36,477 bases of DNA, taken from Licmophora abbreviata. Lineage: Eukaryota. Below are positions 1-8,956 of the stretch, piece by piece. Both the position numbers and the translations under genes were made by a program. Numbering within the stretch: position 1 is the stretch's first letter; the number at the start of each line of letters is the position of its first letter. Under the pieces are notes generated by a model. It did not search any database and was not told the origin of the DNA. It saw nothing but the letters and a program-made list of their open reading frames with translations. The DNA is taken from positions 1 through 36,477 of the forward strand of contig OLMU01000051.1 in the NCBI GenBank assembly GCA_900291995.1, written 5' to 3'.

Positions 1-3000
1 GAGTAGACACTTCTTCTTGCCATGCGTTAGCACTCTCATAAAGCTCGTTTACACGAAGCGAGACCCGCGCGACGTCACCGCCAAGTCGATCATTTTTGGC
101 AGAGGGGTCACGTTCGTAGAGGCTTACGAGTATATCCCATGGGATGGCAGTTTTTACAACCTGACTACCAGCCTGCCCCTGATTCATGTCGATAGAACGG
201 GCTTGGTTCACGTCGTCAAAATGAAGTGAAGCAAAAGGAAGTGTCCGAACAAGCCACGCGACGTCTTTGACCGTCTGGTCAAGAGAACGTTCCAATAATG
301 GACTTAGTACTAACCCAGATGCAAGCCGCAACTGTCCCTTGAATATTGTTTGTGTACTCTTCAGTCGTGTTAAGTGATCTCGAACAGCACCGGCGTGCGC
401 AAACGCTCCTCGGGCAACCTCCTTTGTTGCAGAAACTAGACGTCGAGCCATCGCCTCAGTCTGAGTGCCATCGTGTACAAGCATTTCGAGCTTGGCCACC
501 TCAGGCGATTTCCACGATGAGAGATAAAACGCTATTGATTCCTTACTCGACACAAACGGGCGACTCGACAACAGTGTTGAAGCAGACTCCAACGTCGGTC
601 GATTAGATCCTTCGATAGCATCATGTTGGTAGATAAGATCAATAACCGAGGAATGCCATTGGAGATACAGCAAGGATAATAGCGGCTCGCCCGCACTTGC
701 GTCAAAGGAAGAGCTAACAAGCCGACGAAGTACGGTCACACCCAGCGACGCCGAGTCAAGTTTCAGTCGCGATATTGCTCGGATCAAGCCATGACTTTCA
801 CGGAGCCTCGACAGCAAAACGAATGTGGTCTCACTGCAAGCCATAAATTCACCTTGCACGCCTCTCTTTTTGCTAAACACTTCTAAAATCTCTGCGCCCT
901 CCGCCAGCAAGGGATGAATCGTATCGACGATTCTCTGAGTCAAAGTCTGGGGACTGCTCCGCGTTGCCTGTAGAACCGCGCCCAGGCTCCGAACAACGCG
1001 CCAGTGCCAATCAAGTGCATCGATGCATATGTCAACACTATGTCGCGCTGGGTCCATTATGACGCCTTTTGGACGATTATCTCGTGCAGTTCTCAGCTGC
1101 GACAACTGATCGCCGTCTCCGGTAACAATTCGTTCCACATTTTCCACCCACTCCTTGCACTGGTCTCGAACAATCCGAAGAATCGAAGATTCCTTAGGCA
1201 ACGGAACCAGCAGGTCGTCGTAGTCGATGAGGAGGTCTTCCACGCGTTTTAGGTCCACCATTGCAACAGTTTTATTGGTCGTCAATTGAGTGCCTGCGGC
1301 CGAGTTGCCGAATACCCTTAAAGCATGAACAACGGAATCCGTCCTTTCTTTCCAAGAGACCACTCTGTCATAAATCGCATCCAGCCATGAAGCCTCTCTT
1401 TCACAGAAAAGGAAGATATCTCTATTTACAAATGATCTGATCTCGGCATCTACTACATCGTTCTTTTCGAGACAGGCAACAAGCTTCACTCTGAGTGCAG
1501 GCTTTCCAAGCCGCATACTTTCAAGCTCATCCTTCAGCTGCTCGATTTCCACAAATGTATATCCGTCGCTCTTCTGCTGAATAAGCTGCCGTACAGAGAC
1601 AACCCAAGTTAGAATGCAATGGCGTACAAGAAGCTTCTCCTCGCCCACAGATATTACGGGAACCTTTGTAAGCACATCAAGCGCTTCTGACACACCCGAT
1701 AAGGACCGAAGACCTCCTTGGTCTGTAGAGGCGTTCTGTGTGTCGCCGACAAGTCGCTCATACTTTGATGTGACATGAACATTCGAATATAATCTTGACG
1801 ATAGCTGCTGAACGTTACTCAGTGCTTCGTTCAGATTAGAAGGAGCGAAAGCGTTCGGCTCCTCGCTCCGTGAGTCAGACGGTGGAGCAGGGATGTATGG
1901 TAATGTTGTGCCTCGAGACACAACATCTTGCACGAATGCAGCCCTTTCCCTACATATTTCGGCATGACGTAGATCAAGTAGCCATTGACGGACAGCGATG
2001 GCATTGTCAATCACTTCACGAGTCATCCGGGAGGATGCACTTCCCAAAGGGTGAATGTTCGAAAGCTTGTTTGAATTCAGAGAGTCCTCCTTCAAACGAT
2101 GAAATGTCCTAAGGATTTCATCGGAATGTTTTGTCCGCTCTCCCACTTTGTCAAAAAGATGCGATACTGCATCCCATGCATCTGCTTCAAAGGCTAGTAT
2201 TGCTGTCATTTTCTCCGTCAGCTGCACCACCCACGGAGTAAGGTTGACTCGCTGAAGGATTCGCGTCGACCCCGCAGCGCTAGCATGCAACTTAACTTCT
2301 TCGTATGTGTAAAGACATCGTTCGTCGTCACTATCACTCTCTAATTCTTCTTTTCCTTCTTCGGCCGACGATAATTTTTCCATGTCGCCGTTCACGTCCT
2401 CTCGCGAGATCGGTTCTTCGTCACGGTCGTCGATCGATTCGTTGTCCGAGTTCTCTGCACCGCTGGCAAGTAATGACTCTGTCGCCTTTCTCCAGGACAC
2501 AATTGGATCCTGAATCTGTGAACACATGCGTAGTAGCATGGTTGCAAACAGCCGAACAGACCAAACCTCGTTTGTGTCTTCGAGCTTGCTAATGAGCCGA
2601 CTCACGGCTCGTGTAGGCATGAACGTGTGGCACTCCAGGTCATACAGTACATCCTGCATTTCTCGAACATCCTCGTCCTGCTTACCGTGGAGAAATCCAG
2701 ACGCCTTGTAGCCTTTTCTTCTTCTTTTACGTCGGACAGTAGATGATTGTGAAGGTAGTGGCCGCTTCTTCGAGCCCCCAGGAGAAAGGTCTAAGGCCAT
2801 CGTTTCGACAATTAGAGCACGCCCACGCTCGAGACAGTCTTCTCGAATGTAATTGAATTCTATCAATGACGTATCCGTCTCATTGCGAACGATTAATTTC
2901 TCATAGAGTTCAAAGCACTGGGTGTACCAGAGACAGAGACTTTCCATCTTTTGAAGACAGTTCACGAGATAATTCAGATACGCTTCGGACACTGTGGCCC

Positions 3001-3841
3001 CCAGATCTGCGACCATGGCATCGCCAGGATCGGCCACAGAAGCAAGCTTGGAGCGCAGAAGTATTTGCACTCGGACAAGATAGAGGAGGGAGAGTACTTC
3101 GTCTCTCTCTTTTCGCAAACGCATCGTCTCCAGAGGCAAGTCGTCGTCTGTAAAGCCATCCGATGGTGAGAGACTCGTCCATGTATTCGTTCTTACATGC
3201 GAGATCTCTTCTTTATCTTGCAGCGTGGACGTATCTTTGGGAAACGATTTTTCCCAATCCTTTACCGTTACGTCGTTTCGTTTCGGCGAACTCAGCAAGA
3301 TAGTCGTCCGATCAATCCATGAGCGAGCACTGGGCCTCACTACAGACTTTCGGAGCTTCATCTCATGAACAGTATCCTCCCCGACGAATGAAATTTGGAA
3401 TCGCCGAGAGATGCTATCAAAACTGACAATATGGGCGTCGTACCAGTCCGCAGCGTAGCCCTGCTCGTCATCGCTTCTGTTGCGTTCACTGGTGACGTCG
3501 CCAGAACCAGTCGAAGCTGTGTCTTGTGGCTCGACTGGGTGGCGCGTACGATCTTGCTCAGAAGCATGGAGAAGTGCTTTCTGAAACCCATACAACTTAT
3601 CACCCACAATGTACCCCGTCGAAACCTGGGGATGTACGGGCGCAGTCAGTACAGTGTCAAGAGGACCGCTTGCGATTGCAGTAGTCGCCGTCGATTCCAA
3701 ATTTTGCTCTGAATTCGGAGTTTCCGATGTTTCATTATTTGGCGTGTCGGTCTCCTCCCAGTAGATTTCCCAATCTCGACCAATCAAACTTCGTGCCCAG
3801 GCCTCATCGAAGAAGGAACGAGAGGAATGATTGGTCGTCAT
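1..3841 (-). CDS. Large putative chromatin-associated nuclear protein (split Tudor-like N-terminus, basic NLS, PLU-1-like helical repeats); 3'-partial, >=1280 aa
   Basis: Manual translation of the minus strand shows no stop from ATG 3841 to the window edge, which is presumably why the ORF track omits it; an in-frame upstream ATG at 3982 is an alternative start. Motifs: SLIGRDWEIYW...WYDAHIVSFDSISRRFQISFVGED (Tudor-like); KKRPLPSQSSTVRRKRRRK (bipartite NLS-like); VDLKRVEDLLIDYDDLLVPLPKESSILRIVRDQCKEWVENVERIV (PLU-1-like). The ORF is seen directly; the domain calls are pattern-based inference. Confidence 0.85.
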   Translation of the reverse strand, partial: MTTNHSSRSFFDEAWARSLIGRDWEIYWEETDTPNNETSETPNSEQNLESTATTAIASGPLDTVLTAPVHPQVSTGYIVGDKLYGFQKALLHASEQDRTRHPVEPQDTASTGSGDVTSERNRSDDEQGYAADWYDAHIVSFDSISRRFQISFVGEDTVHEMKLRKSVVRPSARSWIDRTTILLSSPKRNDVTVKDWEKSFPKDTSTLQDKEEISHVRTNTWTSLSPSDGFTDDDLPLETMRLRKERDEVLSLLYLVRVQILLRSKLASVADPGDAMVADLGATVSEAYLNYLVNCLQKMESLCLWYTQCFELYEKLIVRNETDTSLIEFNYIREDCLERGRALIVETMALDLSPGGSKKRPLPSQSSTVRRKRRRKGYKASGFLHGKQDEDVREMQDVLYDLECHTFMPTRAVSRLISKLEDTNEVWSVRLFATMLLRMCSQIQDPIVSWRKATESLLASGAENSDNESIDDRDEEPISREDVNGDMEKLSSAEEGKEELESDSDDERCLYTYEEVKLHASAAGSTRILQRVNLTPWVVQLTEKMTAILAFEADAWDAVSHLFDKVGERTKHSDEILRTFHRLKEDSLNSNKLSNIHPLGSASSRMTREVIDNAIAVRQWLLDLRHAEICRERAAFVQDVVSRGTTLPYIPAPPSDSRSEEPNAFAPSNLNEALSNVQQLSSRLYSNVHVTSKYERLVGDTQNASTDQGGLRSLSGVSEALDVLTKVPVISVGEEKLLVRHCILTWVVSVRQLIQQKSDGYTFVEIEQLKDELESMRLGKPALRVKLVACLEKNDVVDAEIRSFVNRDIFLFCEREASWLDAIYDRVVSWKERTDSVVHALRVFGNSAAGTQLTTNKTVAMVDLKRVEDLLIDYDDLLVPLPKESSILRIVRDQCKEWVENVERIVTGDGDQLSQLRTARDNRPKGVIMDPARHSVDICIDALDWHWRVVRSLGAVLQATRSSPQTLTQRIVDTIHPLLAEGAEILEVFSKKRGVQGEFMACSETTFVLLSRLRESHGLIRAISRLKLDSASLGVTVLRRLVSSSFDASAGEPLLSLLYLQWHSSVIDLIYQHDAIEGSNRPTLESASTLLSSRPFVSSKESIAFYLSSWKSPEVAKLEMLVHDGTQTEAMARRLVSATKEVARGAFAHAGAVRDHLTRLKSTQTIFKGQLRLASGLVLSPLLERSLDQTVKDVAWLVRTLPFASLHFDDVNQARSIDMNQGQAGSQVVKTAIPWDILVSLYERDPSAKNDRLGGDVARVSLRVNELYESANAWQEEVST

Positions 3842-4203
3842 GTTGCTCTCTCCATGGTATGACTGCGTTGCAGGGTTGTGTTGCAGAGACGCACTCGTCG
3901 TGCCTTTCTTAGATGTGTGTGTGTGTGGTGTGCGCGCTTTTTCAGCTTTCGAGGCGCGCCAGCACAGCAGACGGCGTCTCATTCACGTAGACGGTCGTAC
4001 ATTTTCCACGTGATACCCGCCGTCGCTCGCCATCCGTCTCTCCAATCTACCGGTACACATCACATCTATCTCAGTTCTGCTATCGAGGTTAGTCTACTTG
4101 ATCCACTTCTAGCTATGGTAGTTTTGAAAAAGCACATTAAGGTAGAGTGAGAACAGTCTCTATGCTCCAACTGCATAGTGTTACTAGAGGGGCATCAGCA
4201 CTA

Positions 4204-6170
4204 CTACACGAAGTACGGTCTTCGCAACACCGCTTCAATCCACGGCTCAATCAACCCTCGCGTTACGAGATAGAACACGACACCCAAGAAAATACTAATG
4301 GGCAGTGCCGGCAACGCTTGATGGTAGACCGACAAGAGTACCAAGGTACCTCCCAGCCCCGCCAAAATGACCAACAGGCAAGCACAAAACGTTGCAAAGC
4401 TGTATTGCGCAGCCTTTGCAACGAGGACCGAGTAAAAGATGAAATCGCCCAGTCCCAAACGTATCGTATTGCCCTTGCTGTTGGTTTCGGGATCTTCATC
4501 TCCCTCTTGGTATGGATCGGCAAATACCTTGCCTTGGCTATCGACCCAGACGGTGCGTTTGGGAGTGCCATGGCGATCTCGTTCCAAATAGATGCGTCGT
4601 CGTTCGTCTATTTGTTCCAACCGGCCGCCCTCTTGAGGGAGACGTACCACCACGTCGGATCGGAGTTGTTGAGGGGTCGGAGCTTCTGGAATGTCGTGTT
4701 CCGACAGCAGCAACAGTGTGCCTCGCGTACCACGAGAATGACGAGACGAGGGTGACGACGCTTGTGTTGAGGGCACGCCAACAATGTCAAGATTGTACAC
4801 GCGCGCCACGGCAAGTGGTATCGTCACACGGGGATCGTTAACTCCGACGGCCGAAGAGGCCGAAGACTCGTCTTCCATGCTGCTCGTGGTCATGGGAACA
4901 TCGTCAGGAATGACGGAACGTTGGGCCTCGACAGAGTCGTCCGCGGGACGGTCCTTCCGGTTGGTGGTATTGCTTGGCCGCGCCACATCGGAATTGGATC
5001 GCTGCATCGCAGTAGTCTGACTCGGCACACCGGGACGTCTAGCCTCCGGTGGTAACTCGGCCTCGTAGAGCAGTCCTGGCATGTCAGGAGAATCATCCTT
5101 GGACATGAGGTTGACCAACGCCTTGAGTGGACCGCAGGGTGTTAAGACGGCACACAAGTCGTAGAGTGCCAACATGACGAGGAGGGTCCAGGTAGAAAAA
5201 GCATCGAAATGCGCCAGCTGCCATGCGAGAATGACCGAGGTGGCTACGAGATATCCTTGTGTTATGAAGGGAGGGATGCCAAGTTGGTAAAAGATGGAGT
5301 AGATTCCCACGAGACAAAAGTTCCAAATGCCGAGGTAGAAGGTAAGCTTGTCAACCGGCCAGCGATAAATTTGAATCGCCGTCTCCCACTGTTGATAAAT
5401 TGAATTTTGAAGGACGGAGGTAATGGGTAAATAATCACGCCACCGGAAAGATTCTGCACACACTAGTGTAGTGCAGTGGCACTTGTAGTACACTCACCAT
5501 GATTCCACCAAGCAACCCCAAGAGGGACGAAGAGGCAAACATCATGTAGGCAATGAGACACTTCATAAATCGAAATCGGTAGAGTGCGACAATGACAAAG
5601 GTCATGAGACAGATCCCACAGACGAGAATGAAGGAATTGGCAAGACTCATCTCGAGTTTGGTGGCATTGCCCTCGTCGCCGTCGCCCTGAAATAATTGGT
5701 AGGCTTCCGCCATTTCTGCCTCGCCTTGCGCAATGGTGTCTTCATTGTTGATATAAACCACCGACACAGCAGCGAGTACCATGGTTAATGTGACTAGTGG
5801 AAAAGGATGGAATCAAGAATGAGGCAGTAGCAAGAAGGACTGAGTCGAAAGGTGTGCATGCAGGAGGCACAAGCCACCAGCGTCGTGTCTGTATGAATCC
5901 TATCGTTCTCATCGCTCGTTCAAGTGCATGCTTACCTGGCTTGACAATGGCATAGTACGAAGCCGAACTATAAAGCAATTCGGTCAGAGACATTTCATAT
6001 TCCTCATCCAGACTGCCATCATCATCAATCTCATTGTCTCTTGATTGGCGACGATGAATCCCGTCACCTGTCGCAGCAGCACTGATGCCTTGTTCTTCAA
6101 GCTGAGCATACGGACTTGTCAAATTTTCTTCCGTAGATTCATACCGGGGGCCTTCCGAAGGCCTGGACAT
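4204..6170 (-). CDS. PSEN: Presenilin (gamma-secretase catalytic subunit, peptidase A22A), paralog A; 3 exons, ~571 aa
   Basis: Exons 6170-5936, 5793-5498 and 5388-4204; GT-AG introns 5794-5935 and 5389-5497; spliced length 1716 nt is in frame. Catalytic motifs LALYDLCAVLTPCGPL (YD), RLGLGDFIFYS (GxGD) and ALPALPISI (PAL); multiple TM segments. Confidence 0.95.
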
Positions 6171-6337
6171 GGTGGTGGGAGTGAGAACGGCGCTGGATCT
6201 GGTCAAAGTGTCGGCTTGTGACAACGACCAGATTCTCCGTCATTGTGAGTTTTAGTGATCAAAATTGAACTGGATCACGACACAAATTTGATTCTGAGCA
6301 AAAGACATTAGTACAACTTCAGTAGAAATCAGCGTTG

Positions 6338-6345
6338 TGACGTCA
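6338..6345. promoter_or_regulatory. TGACGTCA (CRE/bZIP-type palindrome) in the divergent presenilin A / HAD intergenic region
   Basis: Exact 8-mer in a short head-to-head intergenic region. TGACGT is the reported core site of aureochrome bZIP factors. A single motif match only, so function is unproven. Confidence 0.25.
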
Positions 6346-6411
6346 GTACGACATAGTGTCTCGCGAGCTCGCTTCGAATAGCTCGAGATTCTAGATCGTC
6401 ATTGGTCTGTC

Positions 6412-7560
6412 ATGCGGGCGGTGATGAGACCCCCGCGGTGCGCCGATGATGACGAATGCGCGACGATGACGGCGGCGATGGACATGACGGAGACGAAGGA
6501 ACGCAACAGCGACGACCAATCCACTTCTCCAAGCACTCATCGCAGCAAAGACTTAGACCTCCCTCCGATTGTGTTCCTGATGCGAATCGGCAATTCCCGT
6601 GTCGGAGTCCGACGAGCAGGAGGAAAAGACTTTCATTCCTTTCTTATTGTTCCATCACTGCTGCTCCTTGTTGCTTCCTCCGCACGGATGGTTCAAGCCT
6701 TTTTGCCCATGCAACAAAACGCTCCCCTTTCCAATAGGAACCATCTTCAGCAGAAGGAGAAGCAGATAGAAAGCGCCACGTCGTCTTTCTTGGTATGTTC
6801 TGCCCAAAAGAACGTCGAACCACCCACCCTCCAGGGTGCCCGAGGCATTATCTGGGACATTGATGGCACCTTGGCCGACTCTTGGAAACTCGGTTACGAT
6901 GCCACCGTTGTAGTTTTGGAGCGAAACAACATTCCAACCATATCGGAAGCGACCTACCATGAATGTACCAAGTATGCTACTCCAGAAAGAATGGCGCGAC
7001 ATGCGGGTTTGACTTTGAACAGTGACGGCGATGGCAATGATGACGAGTTTCATAGCGTCGGACAACGACTGGGCGATGAGTTTGATGAGTTTTACGTCAA
7101 TTTAGTGGATACCAGTACGGCGGGTTTCTTCCCGGGCATTGAGAATGTACTCCTTCAGGTGCAGGATCAGCCTTCTTCTACTAGTGTCAAACTTGGCGCA
7201 CTGACCAACGCTTGCGTTGGATACGCTCATGCGGTGCTAAAGGCGAATGGCGTGCATGGAAGATTCGAATCCATTCACGGCGCCGACACTGTCCCTCAAC
7301 CCAAACCTCATCCCGACGGTTTGTTCACTGTGGCAAAGGAATTGAACTTGGACCCTCGCGAGTGCTTGTATATCGGAGACAGTCCAAGCGACGCCATGGC
7401 GGCCAAGGCGGCGGGAATGATGGCAGTTGGGGTACTGTGGGGATCGCACGGTGAAGAAAAGGTACGACAAGCGCCCTTTGATCATGTTTGTGGGAGTGTA
7501 CAGGAACTCCAGGCGTTGTTGCCATCCTCGAAGGCGAGTACTATTACTGAACAATCGTGA
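6412..7560 (+). CDS. HAD-superfamily hydrolase subfamily IA (phosphoglycolate phosphatase-like), probably plastid-targeted
   Basis: Motif I IIWDIDGTLADS, motif II ALTN, motif III KPHPD, motif IV YIGDSPSD. A hydrophobic signal segment ends at VQA|FLP. The real start may be the downstream ATG at 6580. Confidence 0.88.
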   Translation: MRAVMRPPRCADDDECATMTAAMDMTETKERNSDDQSTSPSTHRSKDLDLPPIVFLMRIGNSRVGVRRAGGKDFHSFLIVPSLLLLVASSARMVQAFLPMQQNAPLSNRNHLQQKEKQIESATSSFLVCSAQKNVEPPTLQGARGIIWDIDGTLADSWKLGYDATVVVLERNNIPTISEATYHECTKYATPERMARHAGLTLNSDGDGNDDEFHSVGQRLGDEFDEFYVNLVDTSTAGFFPGIENVLLQVQDQPSSTSVKLGALTNACVGYAHAVLKANGVHGRFESIHGADTVPQPKPHPDGLFTVAKELNLDPRECLYIGDSPSDAMAAKAAGMMAVGVLWGSHGEEKVRQAPFDHVCGSVQELQALLPSSKASTITEQS

Positions 7561-7695
7561 AGATTTACATTGATAAGAATAGTATATGAGAGAAGCACTG
7601 CTTAGAGAAAACACAAAAGTTACAATTGTTACAGGCAATGCATCCTGCAAAGCCACTCATTACGTCGTTCATTCATGTGGACTGCAGTCGCGCAA

Positions 7696-8514
7696 TCACA
7701 CGGCGTCTTCGACGCGCATCCTTGCCTCGTCAAGGACCTCATCCTCCTCTATGCCTCGCTCGTTCTCCTCTCCACTTTCCCGACTGTCGTCTGTATTGAT
7801 CGTTCCAACACTGATCGTATCTGCATCGTCATTCACAACATTCATAACTACACAGAAGCAGTTCGTTCCTGAAGTATCTCGCCCTTGTCGACGGATACCA
7901 TGCGCCGTGACTGTGTAGACACCCCCGACACTGGCGACACGCTTCATGGTGACGTACACACCACGCCCCCGCCAGGGGCGAAACATGTCTTCGACATCAT
8001 CTTCCAGCCTTTTTCCCTCTCGTCGCATAAACGTAACGAGCAAAGAAAAGATGGAAACGATGGAAACGCCGATGGACACAATGTACACGGGGTGCTGAAA
8101 CAGCGGTGAGCTCCAAAACTGCGGAATCATGTAGGCTACTAGAAAGCCGACGACCAAAAAGAGAGAGAGGGAGAAAATAGTGACCGAAGCCCACCCGCCA
8201 CGCCACTTGGCCAAACGTACTCGCAGCTCTGCAATTTTGTCGTCGTACTCTTGTTTCGAAATGGGACCTTCCTGGAGCTGCGCGGGGAGAGGCGATGCGT
8301 CATTGTTCTCTGGAGCTGTAGTGTCAGCGGCAGCGCTTGTTTCCATGGGAGCTATACTGGCCGTACGACCCTGAGCGCTCTCTGACGGTGGGATGTAGAC
8401 GAGTACCGGCAAGACAGAGAGTCTGGTTCCAAAGAGCCTTCGTTTCGTCGAAATAGGCATGACGACTCGATTCTCCGTCGGACGCGGTGGACTTGAAAGT
8501 GGGGCGTTTCCCAT
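7696..8514 (-). CDS. Uncharacterised membrane protein with two TM helices and an acidic C-terminus (weak Erf4/Golgin-A7-like resemblance)
   Basis: 272-aa ATG-to-stop ORF filling the gap between neighbours. Two hydrophobic stretches (WASVTIFSLSLFLVVGFLVAYMI; VYIVSIGVSIVSIFSLLVTF) follow LPAQLQEGPISKQEYDDKIAEL. Confidence 0.7.
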   Translation of the reverse strand: MGNAPLSSPPRPTENRVVMPISTKRRLFGTRLSVLPVLVYIPPSESAQGRTASIAPMETSAAADTTAPENNDASPLPAQLQEGPISKQEYDDKIAELRVRLAKWRGGWASVTIFSLSLFLVVGFLVAYMIPQFWSSPLFQHPVYIVSIGVSIVSIFSLLVTFMRREGKRLEDDVEDMFRPWRGRGVYVTMKRVASVGGVYTVTAHGIRRQGRDTSGTNCFCVVMNVVNDDADTISVGTINTDDSRESGEENERGIEEDEVLDEARMRVEDAV

Positions 8515-8956
8515 TATGACACTAAACTACAATCGTAGGTATGATGAGATGGCGGATAGGGCAGTGTCGGTAGGAGGATAGTACGGCAAGGAAACGTCGA
8601 CGTCAAAAGGTGCTGTGCTGTCGTGTTGAGTTCCGTTCTTCGTCGTCTCCACATCAGCCTTGTCTCCATGCGCGTTTCTCAACGTTTGTAAGACGCTACA
8701 GAGATAGAATTCTAAGAGTAAATATTGCAACGAATGTTGGGTAGTAACCTGGTACTCTCACATCTTTGGCGAGCCACGCGCATGTTGAAGGTGCGCGAAA
8801 ATGCGTCTCAAATCGCGATGTGAGAGTTGCCCACAAAATAGAAGTGACGACCACACCATGGGCGAAAAGACTCGACTCAACGCTCCTCAGATAAACCAGA
8901 GATTCAATACTCAGCGTTAATTTCACTGCTAAGAAAGACTTCCGTGGTTTCACAGA

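Noticed and set aside
3914..3927. Short (GT)n tract upstream of the large nuclear gene
   Set aside because: An ordinary short microsatellite with no further structure.
17..4150. Many short ORFs in the first 4 kb read as a pseudogene or transposon remnant
   Set aside because: They are mostly shadows of one uninterrupted minus-strand ORF (3841 to the edge); no transposase, RT or integrase motifs were seen.
6412..6579. First 56 codons of the HAD ORF as part of the protein
   Set aside because: Including them would bury the signal peptide about 75 residues deep; probably 5' UTR or a minor alternative start.
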